Assembly (NCBI GenBank): GCA_037441705.1
Contig: JBBIRR010000002.1
Span: 1 to 64,000 of the forward strand
DNA length: 64,000 nucleotides
Source of the DNA: Ignavibacteriales bacterium
GTDB taxonomy: Bacteria > Bacteroidota > Ignavibacteria > UBA10030 > UBA6906
Direction of reading: 5' to 3'
Shown: piece by piece, positions 1 to 10,112 of the stretch
Position numbering within the stretch: the first letter of the stretch is position 1
Layout of the letters: each line of letters opens with the position of its first letter
Position numbers and translations under genes: made by a program
The notes under the pieces: model-generated
What the model was told of the DNA's origin: nothing
Seen by the model: the letters and a program-made list of their open reading frames with translations, nothing else
Databases searched by the model: none

Positions 1-810
1 TCGTTGAATACCGACATCGTGCAGAAAGTTCTGGTGGAGTTTCTGCGCGACGAAATTCATAACGCCGGTTTTCGTAAAGGAGTCATCGGGCTTTCCGGAG
101 GCGTGGACTCCGCCGTCGCCGCGTATCTTGCCGTTAAGGCACTCGGCGCGGAAAACGTACTCGGCGTGCTCCTTCCGTATCGAACCAGCAGTCCCGCAAG
201 CATCGCCGATGCTGAGCTTGTTGCGCGCGAACTGGGCATGCGTACGGAACGGGTTGATATTTCACCGATGGTGGACGCGTACCTGCAGCGCGCCGATGGC
301 ATTGACCGCGTACGCGCAGGGAATGTGATGGCGCGCCAGCGCATGATTGTTCTCTACGATCTCTCCAGCCGCGAGCGAGCGCTCGTAATTGGAACGAGCA
401 ACAAGACGGAGATTTTTCTTGGATACGGGACGCTGTTCGGTGATCTGGCCTGCGCCCTCAATCCCCTCGGCGATCTGTACAAGACGCAAGTCTGGCAACT
501 GGCGCGCGCCCTCGGCGTGCCCGAACGCCTGATCGAAAAGAAACCCTCTGCAGATTTGTGGGAAGGGCAGACCGATGAAGAGGAGTTCGGGTTTACCTAC
601 GCAGAGGCCGATCATCTGCTCTACTTCATGATTGATGAACGTCGCAGCGTGTCGGAGCTGCACGCCATGGGATTCGACCCGAAGCTCGTCGAGCGCGTGC
701 GGACCTTGGTGATGAAGAATCAATTCAAACGCCGCCTGCCCCTGATCGCCAAAGTTTCGAACCGAACGGTGAACGTAGATTTTCGGTATGCGCGCGATTG
801 GGGGATTTGA
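1..810 (+). CDS. nadE: NH3-dependent NAD+ synthetase (probably 5'-truncated by the window edge)
   Basis: GLSGGVDS PP-loop, GTSNKTE and GYGTLFGD, PSADLWEGQTDE motifs; the frame is open from position 1. Confidence 0.93.
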   Translation, partial: SLNTDIVQKVLVEFLRDEIHNAGFRKGVIGLSGGVDSAVAAYLAVKALGAENVLGVLLPYRTSSPASIADAELVARELGMRTERVDISPMVDAYLQRADGIDRVRAGNVMARQRMIVLYDLSSRERALVIGTSNKTEIFLGYGTLFGDLACALNPLGDLYKTQVWQLARALGVPERLIEKKPSADLWEGQTDEEEFGFTYAEADHLLYFMIDERRSVSELHAMGFDPKLVERVRTLVMKNQFKRRLPLIAKVSNRTVNVDFRYARDWGI

Positions 811-812
811 GG

Positions 813-836
813 GGAGTGATGGAGTAGTGCAGTAGT
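813..836 (+). repeat. Short degenerate octamer tandem repeat (GGAGTGAT/GGAGTAGT/GCAGTAGT)
   Basis: Three 8-nt units directly after the nadE stop. Confidence 0.45.
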
Positions 837-889
837 AAGGGGTGGGTTGTTGGGAATACGGTAAACTCGAAACGAAAAGCGTTGCAGCA

Positions 890-1594
890 GTGAGCGAAGA
901 AATTCAACCGGGCGCGCTGTATGTTGTCAGCACGCCCATCGGCAATCTGGAGGATATTACACACCGTGCGGTCAGGATTCTTCGCGGCGTTGATCTGATT
1001 GCTGCTGAGGATACGCGCAAGACCAAGGTCCTGTTGAATCATCTTTCCATCAACACGCCGCTGGTGAGCTACTACTCTTACAACGAGGCTCGCCGCGTAC
1101 CCGAGCTGATCGAACATCTCAAGAAGGGCAAGGCCGTTGCCGTGGTGACCGACGCAGGGACGCCGGGGATTTCCGATCCGGCATTTCTGCTTGTGCGCGC
1201 AGCAGTGGAGCAGAACATTCCCGTAATTCCGATTCCCGGAGCGAGCGCGTTGCTTGCCGCGCTGGTCGTCAGCGGATTGCCGACGGACAGATTCGTGTTT
1301 GAAGGCTTCCTTCCCGTCAAGAAGGGGAGAACGACGAAACTCGAGATGCTTAAACACGAAACCCGCACGATTGTTTTGTACGAGTCTCCCTTCCGGATCG
1401 AACGGACGCTCCGCGACGTGTATGCGCACTGGGGCGAACGGCGCGTGGCCGTCGCCCGAGAATTGACCAAAAAGTTTGAGGAAGTTCAACGGGGACTTCT
1501 CTCCGAAGTTCTCGAACGTATCGGCGCGAGCACGCCTCGCGGCGAGTACGTGATTGTCATCGAAGGACAGAAGGAAAAACACGAACACGGATGA
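890..1594 (+). CDS. rsmI: 16S rRNA (cytidine1402-2'-O)-methyltransferase
   Basis: LYVVSTPIGNLEDIT, AAEDTR, DAGTPGISDP, YESPFR, ARELTKKFEE; GTG at 890 chosen as start. Confidence 0.95.
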   Translation: MSEEIQPGALYVVSTPIGNLEDITHRAVRILRGVDLIAAEDTRKTKVLLNHLSINTPLVSYYSYNEARRVPELIEHLKKGKAVAVVTDAGTPGISDPAFLLVRAAVEQNIPVIPIPGASALLAALVVSGLPTDRFVFEGFLPVKKGRTTKLEMLKHETRTIVLYESPFRIERTLRDVYAHWGERRVAVARELTKKFEEVQRGLLSEVLERIGASTPRGEYVIVIEGQKEKHEHG

Positions 1595-1600
1595 ATTCAT

Positions 1601-3133
1601 ATGGCAACGAAATCGCTTCGACTGAACACAACATCGCATGCCGTTCTGTATGAAGTCAACACACGTATCCTGGTGAATGAGCTTTCAGCCCGAGAAGGAA
1701 AGTCCGTAACGCTTTCTCGTATTCCCGATGCGCTGCTCGACGAGTGGCAGCAGCTGGGCTTCGATGCCGTATGGCTCATGGGCGTGTGGACGACGGGGAA
1801 GCTTTCACGCGAGATTGCACGCACGCACGAAGGGCTGCGTGAGGAATATCGGCGCGCCCTTCCCGACGTCACCGACGACGACATTGCCGGCTCGCCGTAC
1901 GCCGTTGCATCCTATAGTGTCGCGCGCGCTCTCGGCGGCGCACGGGCGCTTGCCTCACTCAGGAAAAAGCTGGCTGAACGCAACATGGGGCTTATACTCG
2001 ACTTCGTGTCCAATCATACCGCACGTGATCATTCCTGGGTCTCCGCTCATCCCGAGTACTACGTCAACGGCCGGGACGGAGATGAGGTGGACAAGCCCGA
2101 TGTGTTTTTCCGCGTGCGCACGAAGAAGGGCCAACGTACCCTCGCGTTCGGACGGGATCCACACTTTCCGGGCTGGACCGACACGGCGCAGCTGAATCCC
2201 TATCATCCTGCCGCACGAAAAGCGATGATCGACACGCTGCTGAAGATTGCGGACCTCTGCGATGGGGTTCGCTGCGACATGGCAATGCTGCTGCTGCGCG
2301 ACACGTTCATGCGAACGTGGGGGGATCTCTCTGTGCCGAATGGCGACCTCCTCCAGACGGAGTTCTGGGAAGAAGCCATCGAGACGGTTCATCAAACACA
2401 TCCGGAGTTTGTTTTCATCGCTGAAGCGTACTGGAACATGGAATGGCCGCTGCAGCAGCTCGGCTTCCGCTACACGTACGACAAGACACTCTATGATCGA
2501 CTGCTGCGAGAAGGGGCCGGAGCCGTGTACGATCATCTCAAAGCCGAGATGGTGTACCAACAACGCTGCGTTCGCTTCCTGGAGAATCATGATGAGCAGC
2601 GCATAGCACAGGCCATTTCGAACGAATGGTGGCACTACGCGGCCGCGACGATCGCCGCGACGGTGCCCGGCATGTTCCTCGTGCATGATGGGCAGATGGA
2701 AGGGCGGAGAGTGAAAGTCCCTGTACAGCTTACGCGGCGCCCCGCCGAAGAGCTTTCCGTCCCGACCAAAGCCTTCTACACAAAACTCCTTTCCTGTCTG
2801 CAAGCAGATGTGTTCCGCAACGGCTCGTGGCGACTGCTCGGCACGCGGCCCGCATGGCACGGCAATCATTCCTACCAGAATGTGATTCCCTATCTCTGGC
2901 GCAACGATCACGCGTGCCGTTTCATTGTCGTGAATTACGCGCCATACAACTCGCAATGCTATGTTGACCTGCACCTCGAGGGACTTGAGGGACGCACGTT
3001 CGAGTTTCGCGATCAGATGAGTCCCGCAGTGTACGTCCGCGACCGAGAGGGGCTGGAACACAAGGGGATGTATTTCGACTTACCCGGATACGGGCTGCAC
3101 ATCTTCGACGTGACGGCGGTTCAGAAATTCTGA
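1601..3133 (+). CDS. Alpha-amylase family (GH13) glycoside hydrolase
   Basis: LDFVSNH, GVRCDMAML (nucleophile Asp), FIAEAYW (acid/base Glu), FLENHDE. Confidence 0.9.
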   Translation: MATKSLRLNTTSHAVLYEVNTRILVNELSAREGKSVTLSRIPDALLDEWQQLGFDAVWLMGVWTTGKLSREIARTHEGLREEYRRALPDVTDDDIAGSPYAVASYSVARALGGARALASLRKKLAERNMGLILDFVSNHTARDHSWVSAHPEYYVNGRDGDEVDKPDVFFRVRTKKGQRTLAFGRDPHFPGWTDTAQLNPYHPAARKAMIDTLLKIADLCDGVRCDMAMLLLRDTFMRTWGDLSVPNGDLLQTEFWEEAIETVHQTHPEFVFIAEAYWNMEWPLQQLGFRYTYDKTLYDRLLREGAGAVYDHLKAEMVYQQRCVRFLENHDEQRIAQAISNEWWHYAAATIAATVPGMFLVHDGQMEGRRVKVPVQLTRRPAEELSVPTKAFYTKLLSCLQADVFRNGSWRLLGTRPAWHGNHSYQNVIPYLWRNDHACRFIVVNYAPYNSQCYVDLHLEGLEGRTFEFRDQMSPAVYVRDREGLEHKGMYFDLPGYGLHIFDVTAVQKF

Positions 3134-3318
3134 CCGCCGCCTGCCGGCCTGTATTATCACTCCTGCAAATGTCTTTCCTACGGATTGGAAATCTCGCCCT
3201 GTTCGTATCATCAGCATAGAAAAGCGGAAGAAATGTGCATGGAATTCGCACCGGTTCCATGCAACGCGTGGCACGCATGTTGACCTTCAGAAAGTGTGTT
3301 CATCTTCTGGAGGTTGTG

Positions 3319-5556
3319 ATGACTGTTCTTGGATTCTGGATTACCGTCGTTGCATTCATCGGTGCACTCGCAGCGACGATCAATTATTACCGCAACGCAC
3401 ATCATCAACGTTACATCCTGTATCCCGCCCGCGTGTGGTTGAAGATCAGTGTCGCGGGCGTGTTTGCCGCCTCGGGGATTCTTCTTCTGCTCATCCTTCA
3501 GCACGATTTCTCCAACGGATATGTGTACAGTTACAGCGACCGTTCGCTGCCGCTGCATTTTCTGGTTTCGACGTTCTATGCCGGGCAGGAGGGAAGTTTT
3601 TTGTTCTGGGCACTGTGCTCGGCTATCATCGCGCTGGTGCTGCAGCGGTACACATCGACACGCAAGAACGAGAGTTCGGTGATGGCGGTGTACATGGGGA
3701 CCTTCTCGTTCCTGTTGTTGCTGCTGCTGTCGAAGTCGCCCTTCAAGTACGTCTGGGAGATGTTTGCCGGCGCGCCCGCGCATCAAATTCCTGCAGACGG
3801 GCGCGGTCTGAATCCTCTCCTACAAAACTTCTGGATGGTGGTGCATCCGCCGGTGTTGTTTGTCGGCTTTGCGGCGATGGCGGTGCCGTTCAGTTTTGCG
3901 GTTGCTGCGCTGTGGCGCAAAGAGTTTCAACAGTGGATCACGCAGGCATTCGCCTGGGTGTTGTTTGCCGTCTGCTCTCTCGGGATGGGATTGATGCTCG
4001 GCGCGTACTGGGCGTACGGCGTGCTGGGATGGGGTGGATATTGGGGATGGGACCCGGTGGAAAACTCCTCGCTCGTTCCGTGGATCACCGCAACAGCGCT
4101 CATTCACACTATGCTCATCCAGCGCCGCACGCAGAAGTTCATGCGGACGAATTTTGCGCTGGCAATCATTTCCTTCTTCCTTGTCGTGTACAGTACGTTC
4201 CTCACGCGCAGCGGCATCCTCGGCGACGCGTCCGTTCATTCGTTCTCCGATCCCGGCACAACGGTGTATGGATTGCTCGTCCTCTTTCTCGGCGCGATTC
4301 TCCTGCTCGGCTTCGGGATGATGATGCTTCGACGCGGCGAGCTGCGTGCGCAGGCCGGCGAGGTGCATTGGGTGAGCAGGGAGACCGCACTCAGCACCGG
4401 GACAATTGTACTGCTTCTCAGCGCTGCCGTCGTACTCTTCGGCACAAGTCTTCCCATCGTTTCCAAATCAACGGTCGAGCCTGCGTTCTACGATCAGACA
4501 AATCTCCCGATTGCGATTGCGATCGGGTTGTTGATTGGGCTGAGTCTGTTCGTGCAATGGGGCGTTGATGAGGTGCGAGGAGTGATGGCACGTTCGCTGC
4601 GCTCGCTCGGTGCTGCTCTCGTCTTCACGGCGCTGCTCTGGTTCGCCGGAGTGAAGGATGGGATGATGACGCTGTTTGTCTTCTCTTCTGCCTTCGCCTT
4701 CTTTGTCAGTTTAGAAATTGCGTTGCGAACGGCAAAGGCAGATGTGAGACTGCTCGGCGGCAAGCTCGCCCATCTCGGTCTTGCCGTGATGTTTTTCGGG
4801 ATCATCGCCACGGGGAAGTACAGCAGCACGAAGCATCTCTCGCTGCCGTTGAACACGCCGCAGCAGGCGCTTGGATATACCTTCACCTACACGGGCTATC
4901 ATCCTACAGAGGATGGAAAGTACGCCTTCCACGTTGTTGCAGAAAAGGATGGAAAGAAGTTCGATCTTGCCCCCATCATGTTCGATGCGGGAGAGCAGGG
5001 CGTGATGCGCAACCCCGACATCGCTTCCTTCCTTACGAAGGACATCTATCTCTCGCCCGTCTCACTCGAGTCGGGTGATGCACATGCGTCGCACGATTAT
5101 CAAACCTATACGCTGGCAAAGGGACAGACGGTATCCATCGGAGATGTGAAAGCAAAGTTCGTGAAGTTCGATATGAACACGCATGCCAGTCAGGCGATGA
5201 TGGATGGGGCGCAGGGGATGACCATCGGGTCGGTGCTGGAGCTTTCGAACGGGTCGGCAAACGAGACGATCATCCCCGCGATGTACTACTCCCCCAGCGG
5301 GCAGCCGAAATACACGCCGTCGTCTTCGAAGTTGATTGACGGCGAAGTTCAACTGGTCTCTATGAATGTCGGCACGGCCGGCGAGCCTTCGACCGTCACC
5401 ATCAGGGTTCGTCGTGCGCATGGGATTTCGGAGTCGGTGGAATCTCTCGTGGTGGAGGCCAGCATCAAACCGTTTGTGATTCTGCTGTGGGCAGGCACAG
5501 CTATCATGACGATCGGGTTTCTCGTAGCACTGATCAAGCGCGCAAAGGAGGCGTGA
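3319..5556 (+). CDS. ccmF: Cytochrome c heme lyase, CcmF/NrfE type
   Basis: AGQEGSFLFW, GLNPLLQN, HPP, WGGYWGWDPVENSSL (WWD domain), LTRSG..SVHSF; GGAGG RBS before ATG 3319. Confidence 0.9.
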   Translation: MTVLGFWITVVAFIGALAATINYYRNAHHQRYILYPARVWLKISVAGVFAASGILLLLILQHDFSNGYVYSYSDRSLPLHFLVSTFYAGQEGSFLFWALCSAIIALVLQRYTSTRKNESSVMAVYMGTFSFLLLLLLSKSPFKYVWEMFAGAPAHQIPADGRGLNPLLQNFWMVVHPPVLFVGFAAMAVPFSFAVAALWRKEFQQWITQAFAWVLFAVCSLGMGLMLGAYWAYGVLGWGGYWGWDPVENSSLVPWITATALIHTMLIQRRTQKFMRTNFALAIISFFLVVYSTFLTRSGILGDASVHSFSDPGTTVYGLLVLFLGAILLLGFGMMMLRRGELRAQAGEVHWVSRETALSTGTIVLLLSAAVVLFGTSLPIVSKSTVEPAFYDQTNLPIAIAIGLLIGLSLFVQWGVDEVRGVMARSLRSLGAALVFTALLWFAGVKDGMMTLFVFSSAFAFFVSLEIALRTAKADVRLLGGKLAHLGLAVMFFGIIATGKYSSTKHLSLPLNTPQQALGYTFTYTGYHPTEDGKYAFHVVAEKDGKKFDLAPIMFDAGEQGVMRNPDIASFLTKDIYLSPVSLESGDAHASHDYQTYTLAKGQTVSIGDVKAKFVKFDMNTHASQAMMDGAQGMTIGSVLELSNGSANETIIPAMYYSPSGQPKYTPSSSKLIDGEVQLVSMNVGTAGEPSTVTIRVRRAHGISESVESLVVEASIKPFVILLWAGTAIMTIGFLVALIKRAKEA

Positions 5557-5561
5557 TCGCA

Positions 5562-5840
5562 ATGGACGATCAAACGAAACTGCCGAATAATGTGCCCGGA
5601 CCGTATTTCACGACGGACAGATGCGACGGCTGTGCATACTGCGCCGCTGTTGCCCCGGACAATTTCGAGTTCCATAAACCAACGAACACCTACTACGTCG
5701 GCAAGCAACCGGACAATCCGGAAGAGGAAGAACTTGTGCGAGAGGCAATGGAAGATTGCCCGGTGGATGCAATTCGTGTTCAGCACGATGAGCCCAAGGC
5801 GGAGATGATCGAGGATGATGGTGACAGCAATCGAGGTTGA
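5562..5840 (+). CDS. Single-cluster ferredoxin ([3Fe-4S]/[4Fe-4S])
   Basis: CDGCAYCAAVAP ... AMEDCPVDAI; AGGAGG RBS. Confidence 0.85.
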   Translation: MDDQTKLPNNVPGPYFTTDRCDGCAYCAAVAPDNFEFHKPTNTYYVGKQPDNPEEEELVREAMEDCPVDAIRVQHDEPKAEMIEDDGDSNRG

Positions 5841-6903
5841 CGCTTCCCAGGCCATGGCCCGAGGAGTGTACGACCCGCTGACAACACCGTATGAGATCGA
5901 TCGCGTCCCGTTTCCAGAAGCGGGAACCGTGATCGATCAGATGCTGCATCTGGTGCGGTACGCGATTCTGGCTCCATCGAGCCACAACACGCAGCCATGG
6001 AAGTTTCGGCTTACGGAAAACGGCATCGCGGTGTTTGCAGACTACGCGCGGCGCCTTCCTGTTGTCGATCCGGATAATCGCGAACTGCTGATGAGTGTCG
6101 GGGCGGCGATCATGAACCTGCGCATTGCTGCGGTGCACTTCGGGTTCGACGTCAGGGTGGAGCATAATCTGAGCGGGGATAGCGAGATGCCGGTTGCATT
6201 CGTCCATCTCGATCGTTCCGGCCTGGCGCAGTCCGGTAACCGGGAGTCGGAGAAACTCTTTCCAGTCATCACGAAGCGACACACCAACCGCCTTCCGTTT
6301 CTGATGGCGCGCGTTCCGGAAGCGGTCTTGGGACGATTGTCCGAAGGGAGTGAGGGGAAGGAGGTGGATCTGATTTTCTCGACCGAGGCAACCAAGAACG
6401 CGCAAGTGGCGCATCTCGTTGCGGAAGCGGAAAAGATTCTTCAGGCGCGTCCCGAGTATCGGAAAGAATTGGGTGAATGGATGCGGCCTAACAATACACA
6501 AAAGCCCGACGGTATGACGGGCGCTGCATTCGGCATCGGCGACCTTCCGTCGGCGCTTGCCCCGTGGGCGACGAAAACGCTCGACCTCGGCGGGCTGCGC
6601 GCCCGGCACGACGAACGCCTGTGCATGGAGGCGCCAGCGCTCGGTGTGCTATGTGCCGAAGACTCCGTCTCTGCCTGGCTCGAAGTGGGGGAGGTACTGC
6701 AGCGGGTCTTGCTCACGATCATTCGTGAGGGGCTGCAGTATAGCTTCTTCAATATGCCGATTGAGCTGCCGGAGGCCCGCGTATCGCTGCGCAAGATTCT
6801 CGGCATACGAATGTGGCCGCAACTGCTGCTGCGCATCGGGTATTCGCTGGAACAGCCCGCGCCCACGCCGCGCAGGCCCGCAGAAGAATGCATCGTTCGA
6901 TAA
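5815..6903 (+). CDS. Acg-family FMN-binding nitroreductase-like protein
   Basis: LAPSSHNTQPWKF, RRLPVVDP, KRHTNRLPF, PQLLLRIGY, TPRRP. Confidence 0.85.
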   Translation: MMVTAIEVDASQAMARGVYDPLTTPYEIDRVPFPEAGTVIDQMLHLVRYAILAPSSHNTQPWKFRLTENGIAVFADYARRLPVVDPDNRELLMSVGAAIMNLRIAAVHFGFDVRVEHNLSGDSEMPVAFVHLDRSGLAQSGNRESEKLFPVITKRHTNRLPFLMARVPEAVLGRLSEGSEGKEVDLIFSTEATKNAQVAHLVAEAEKILQARPEYRKELGEWMRPNNTQKPDGMTGAAFGIGDLPSALAPWATKTLDLGGLRARHDERLCMEAPALGVLCAEDSVSAWLEVGEVLQRVLLTIIREGLQYSFFNMPIELPEARVSLRKILGIRMWPQLLLRIGYSLEQPAPTPRRPAEECIVR

Positions 6904-6927
6904 CCATGACTTCCGAAAGGACAGAGC

Positions 6928-8244
6928 ATGAACAAGAATTCTGACAACGGGAAGAGCCGATACTCGGTCGAAGCCCATCTCATCTACGGACAGGCACAGG
7001 ACCCTCGCTGGGATTACAGTCATCACCTGCTGCCGCCGATTTCCGCATCGGCAACATTTCGTCTGGACTCTGCACAGCGTGGAGCGCAGGGCTTCGCGGA
7101 GTTTGCGCATCACAGCGACGACGTGAAAGTGAAGAGTCGCGCGCCGATTTACATCTACGATCGCTTAGGCGAGCCGAACAAGGATATGCTGGAAGAGAAT
7201 CTCGCGTACGCTGAAGGAGGCGACATCGCCGTCACCTTTGCCAGCGGAATGGCGGCCATTTCCGGCGTGCTCGGCGTGCTGACGGGATCGGGCAGCGAAA
7301 TCATTGCCCACAAAACACTCTATGGCTGCACCTACTCGCTGCTGACCAACTGGTATCCGCGTTTGAAGATCACAACCCACTTCACCGATCTGAGCAATGC
7401 CGAGAATGTTCGTCGCTTCATTACGCCGAACACACGCGTCGTGTACATGGAATCGCCCGTCAACCCTACGCTGCGTCTCATCGACCTCAAAGCGGTCGCC
7501 GACATCATTCGTGAAATCAACGCAACGCGGCCGGACGAACAGCGCATCTACACGGTGGTGGACAGTACGTTCGCGACGCCGTTCTGCCAGCGGCCCATTT
7601 CACTCGGCATCGACTTCGTTGTTCATTCGCTGACGAAAGCCATCGGCGGGTTCGGCACCGATATCGGCGGCGTGGTCATCGGGCCGGCGTGGAGCTACGA
7701 TCGCCTGATGTTGTATCGGAAGGATTTTGGCGGCGTGCTTTCTGCCAAGAGTGCGTGGCCCGTGCTGGTGCAGGGACTCCCCTCGCTTGCTCTGCGCATG
7801 CGGCAGATGCAGGCCACGGCGCAGAAGGTGGCGGAGTACCTCACCACGCGTCCGGAGATCGAGTGCGTGCACTACCCCGGCCTGCCGCAGTTTCCGCAAG
7901 CGGAGCTGGCGCGACGGCAAATGGTGGATTATGACGGCAATTTCGCGCCGGGGGCCATGCTCTACTTCGTGATGAAGGGAGACAACCCGCGTGATGCACT
8001 GGAGCGCGCCGAGCGGTTCATCAATCATATTGCCAAGAATGCCTATTGCATCACATTGGCCGTTAGTCTCGGCAACATCCGAACGCTCATCGAGCATCCC
8101 GGCTCGATGACGCACTCGGCGATTCCGCCCGAAGAACAGATGGCAACGGGCTTGAACCCCGGCGGCATCCGTCTCGCCATCGGATTGGAAAAGCCGGAGG
8201 ACATCATCCATGACCTTGCGTTTTCATTGGACGCGACGAGGTGA
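6928..8244 (+). CDS. Methionine gamma-lyase-like PLP enzyme (Cys/Met metabolism family)
   Basis: FASGMAAI, LYGCT (Cys typical of methionine gamma-lyases), ESPVNPT, VHSLTK PLP lysine, AVSLG, HPGSMTHS. Confidence 0.8.
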   Translation: MNKNSDNGKSRYSVEAHLIYGQAQDPRWDYSHHLLPPISASATFRLDSAQRGAQGFAEFAHHSDDVKVKSRAPIYIYDRLGEPNKDMLEENLAYAEGGDIAVTFASGMAAISGVLGVLTGSGSEIIAHKTLYGCTYSLLTNWYPRLKITTHFTDLSNAENVRRFITPNTRVVYMESPVNPTLRLIDLKAVADIIREINATRPDEQRIYTVVDSTFATPFCQRPISLGIDFVVHSLTKAIGGFGTDIGGVVIGPAWSYDRLMLYRKDFGGVLSAKSAWPVLVQGLPSLALRMRQMQATAQKVAEYLTTRPEIECVHYPGLPQFPQAELARRQMVDYDGNFAPGAMLYFVMKGDNPRDALERAERFINHIAKNAYCITLAVSLGNIRTLIEHPGSMTHSAIPPEEQMATGLNPGGIRLAIGLEKPEDIIHDLAFSLDATR

Positions 8245-8266
8245 GGTTGAGAAAGGAAAAAGATCG

Positions 8267-8353
8267 ATCCACGAAGAACACGAAGGTACACGAAAGTAGT
8301 TTATGCGTCGCCAAGGAAATTACTCTTCGTGTTCCTTAGTGACCTTCATGGAT
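8267..8353. repeat. Intergenic palindrome built from ~9-nt CACGAAG subrepeats
   Basis: ATCCACGAAGAACACGAAGGTACACGAA (8267-8294) matches the reverse complement of 8326-8353 at 23/28. Confidence 0.75.
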
Positions 8354-8381
8354 AGCTAAGAATGAGATAGAAGAGGAACGA

Positions 8382-9719
8382 ATGCACTACAGTTCAGTAT
8401 CACCCATTATCAAATCAAAGTACGAGAGAAAATTCGTCACGGCGGAGGAAGCGGTATCGGTTATCCGCTCCGGCGACCGTGTATACATTCACCCCGGCTG
8501 TGCCGTGCCGCAGGTGTTGGTGGACGCCATGGTGGCGCGCTATCAGGAACTGCACGACGTGGAGGTGTGCCACCTGCTTGGCGTCAGCGAGGCAGCGTAC
8601 GTGCGGCCCGAGATGGAAGGACACTTCCGGCACAACGCGTTCTTCATCGGCAAGAACGTACGCAGGGCGGTGTGTGAGGGACGGGCGGACTTCACGCCGA
8701 TTTTCCTGTCGGAGATTCCGGCCCTCATTCAGAGCAAGCACTTCCGGATTGATGTGGCGATGATTCAGGTGTCGCCGCCGGATGAGCACGGCTTCTGCAG
8801 CTTCGGCGTGGGCGTCGAGTGTACGCGCGCGGCAACGGACGTCGCGAAGATTGTCATCGCGCAAGTCAATCCCAACATGCCGCGCTCGCTCGGCGATTCG
8901 TTCATCCACATCAGCAGGATTGACTACTGCGTCGAAGCCGATGTGCCTCTGCGTGAGCTGCCGCAGTTGGAAGGAGATGAGACGCCCGAAGAGTTGGAAA
9001 ACTATCGCAGGATCGGCGAGCATGTCGCAAGCCTGATTGATGACGGCGCCACGCTCCAACTGGGCATCGGTCGCATCCCGGACGCTGTGGTGCGCTACCT
9101 CGGCGACCGGAAGCATCTCGGCATCCATTCCGAGATGGTCTCCGATGGAATTATCCCGCTGATCGAATCGGGAGTGATCACCAATCAAAAGAAAACACTC
9201 CTGCCGGGGAAGGTCGTCACCTCCTTCGTTCTCGGCTCGCATGAGTTGTTCGAGTACATCGACAACAATCCGTTCTTCGAATTCCGACCCACGCAGTTCA
9301 CGAACGATCCGTTTACGATTGCGCGCAACAGGAAGATGGTTGCCATCAACAGCGCCATCGAGATTGACCTGACGGGACAGGTGTGCGCCGATTCGATGGG
9401 CTACAAGTTCTACAGCGGGTTCGGCGGCCAGCTGGATTTCATTCGCGGCGCTGCGCGCAGCGAAGGAGGCAAGCCGGTCATTGCTCTCCCGTCAACAGCG
9501 AAGAACAACACGATCTCGCGCATCACGCCGCACCTGCGTGAAGGTGCGGGCGTTACCACCACGCGCGGCGATGTGCACTACGTGGCGACGGAGTACGGCG
9601 TGGTGAACCTGCACGGCAAAACTGTACGCGAACGAATCGAATTGCTCATCAGCATCGCGCATCCGAAGTTCCGGGCGGAGCTGGAGGCATTTGCAAAGGA
9701 GCGCTATTTCACCTGCTGA
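8382..9719 (+). CDS. Acetyl-CoA hydrolase/transferase family CoA-transferase (4-hydroxybutyrate CoA-transferase-like)
   Basis: TLQLGIGRIPDAV, LGIHSEM catalytic Glu, SGFGGQLDF, VTTTRGDVHYVATEYG. Confidence 0.92.
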   Translation: MHYSSVSPIIKSKYERKFVTAEEAVSVIRSGDRVYIHPGCAVPQVLVDAMVARYQELHDVEVCHLLGVSEAAYVRPEMEGHFRHNAFFIGKNVRRAVCEGRADFTPIFLSEIPALIQSKHFRIDVAMIQVSPPDEHGFCSFGVGVECTRAATDVAKIVIAQVNPNMPRSLGDSFIHISRIDYCVEADVPLRELPQLEGDETPEELENYRRIGEHVASLIDDGATLQLGIGRIPDAVVRYLGDRKHLGIHSEMVSDGIIPLIESGVITNQKKTLLPGKVVTSFVLGSHELFEYIDNNPFFEFRPTQFTNDPFTIARNRKMVAINSAIEIDLTGQVCADSMGYKFYSGFGGQLDFIRGAARSEGGKPVIALPSTAKNNTISRITPHLREGAGVTTTRGDVHYVATEYGVVNLHGKTVRERIELLISIAHPKFRAELEAFAKERYFTC

Positions 9720-9779
9720 AAGCTTCGTTCAGCATGAACATCGATCAAGGGAAGGGAACCTTCTAACGAGGAAACATCA

Positions 9780-10058
9780 ATGGCAAAAGGAACCGTCAAA
9801 TTCAACATCGAGATGTGCAAGGGCTGCGAGCTGTGCATCGAGGCTTGTCCGCAGGAAAGCCTTGCGCTATCACCCAAACTCAATAAACAAGGGTATCACT
9901 ACGCGGTGTTAGTGAAGGACAATTGCACGGGGTGCGTCAACTGCGCGCTCGTGTGTCCCGACGCGGTGATTACCGTGTATCGCGAAAAGAAGAAAGCGAA
10001 AGTCCCCGTCGCCACCATCACCAACGTGAAAGAAGACATCACGGTGACCGTGGCGTAG
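9780..10058 (+). CDS. 2x[4Fe-4S] delta subunit of 2-oxoacid:ferredoxin oxidoreductase
   Basis: CKGCELCIEACP and CTGCVNCALVCPD; upstream of the alpha/beta/gamma genes. Confidence 0.9.
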   Translation: MAKGTVKFNIEMCKGCELCIEACPQESLALSPKLNKQGYHYAVLVKDNCTGCVNCALVCPDAVITVYREKKKAKVPVATITNVKEDITVTVA

Positions 10059-10066
10059 GCGTTTCG

Positions 10067-10090
10067 GGCAGATGGAAGTGGAGTCCATCT
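10067..10090 (-). repeat. Internally deleted copy of the AGATGGACTCCAC palindromic element
   Basis: Minus strand reads AGATGGACTCCAC-TTCCATCTGCC, matching the arms at 13371 and 16103. Confidence 0.65.
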
Positions 10091-10112
10091 CCCCTTGAGA
10101 AAGGAGGCAACC

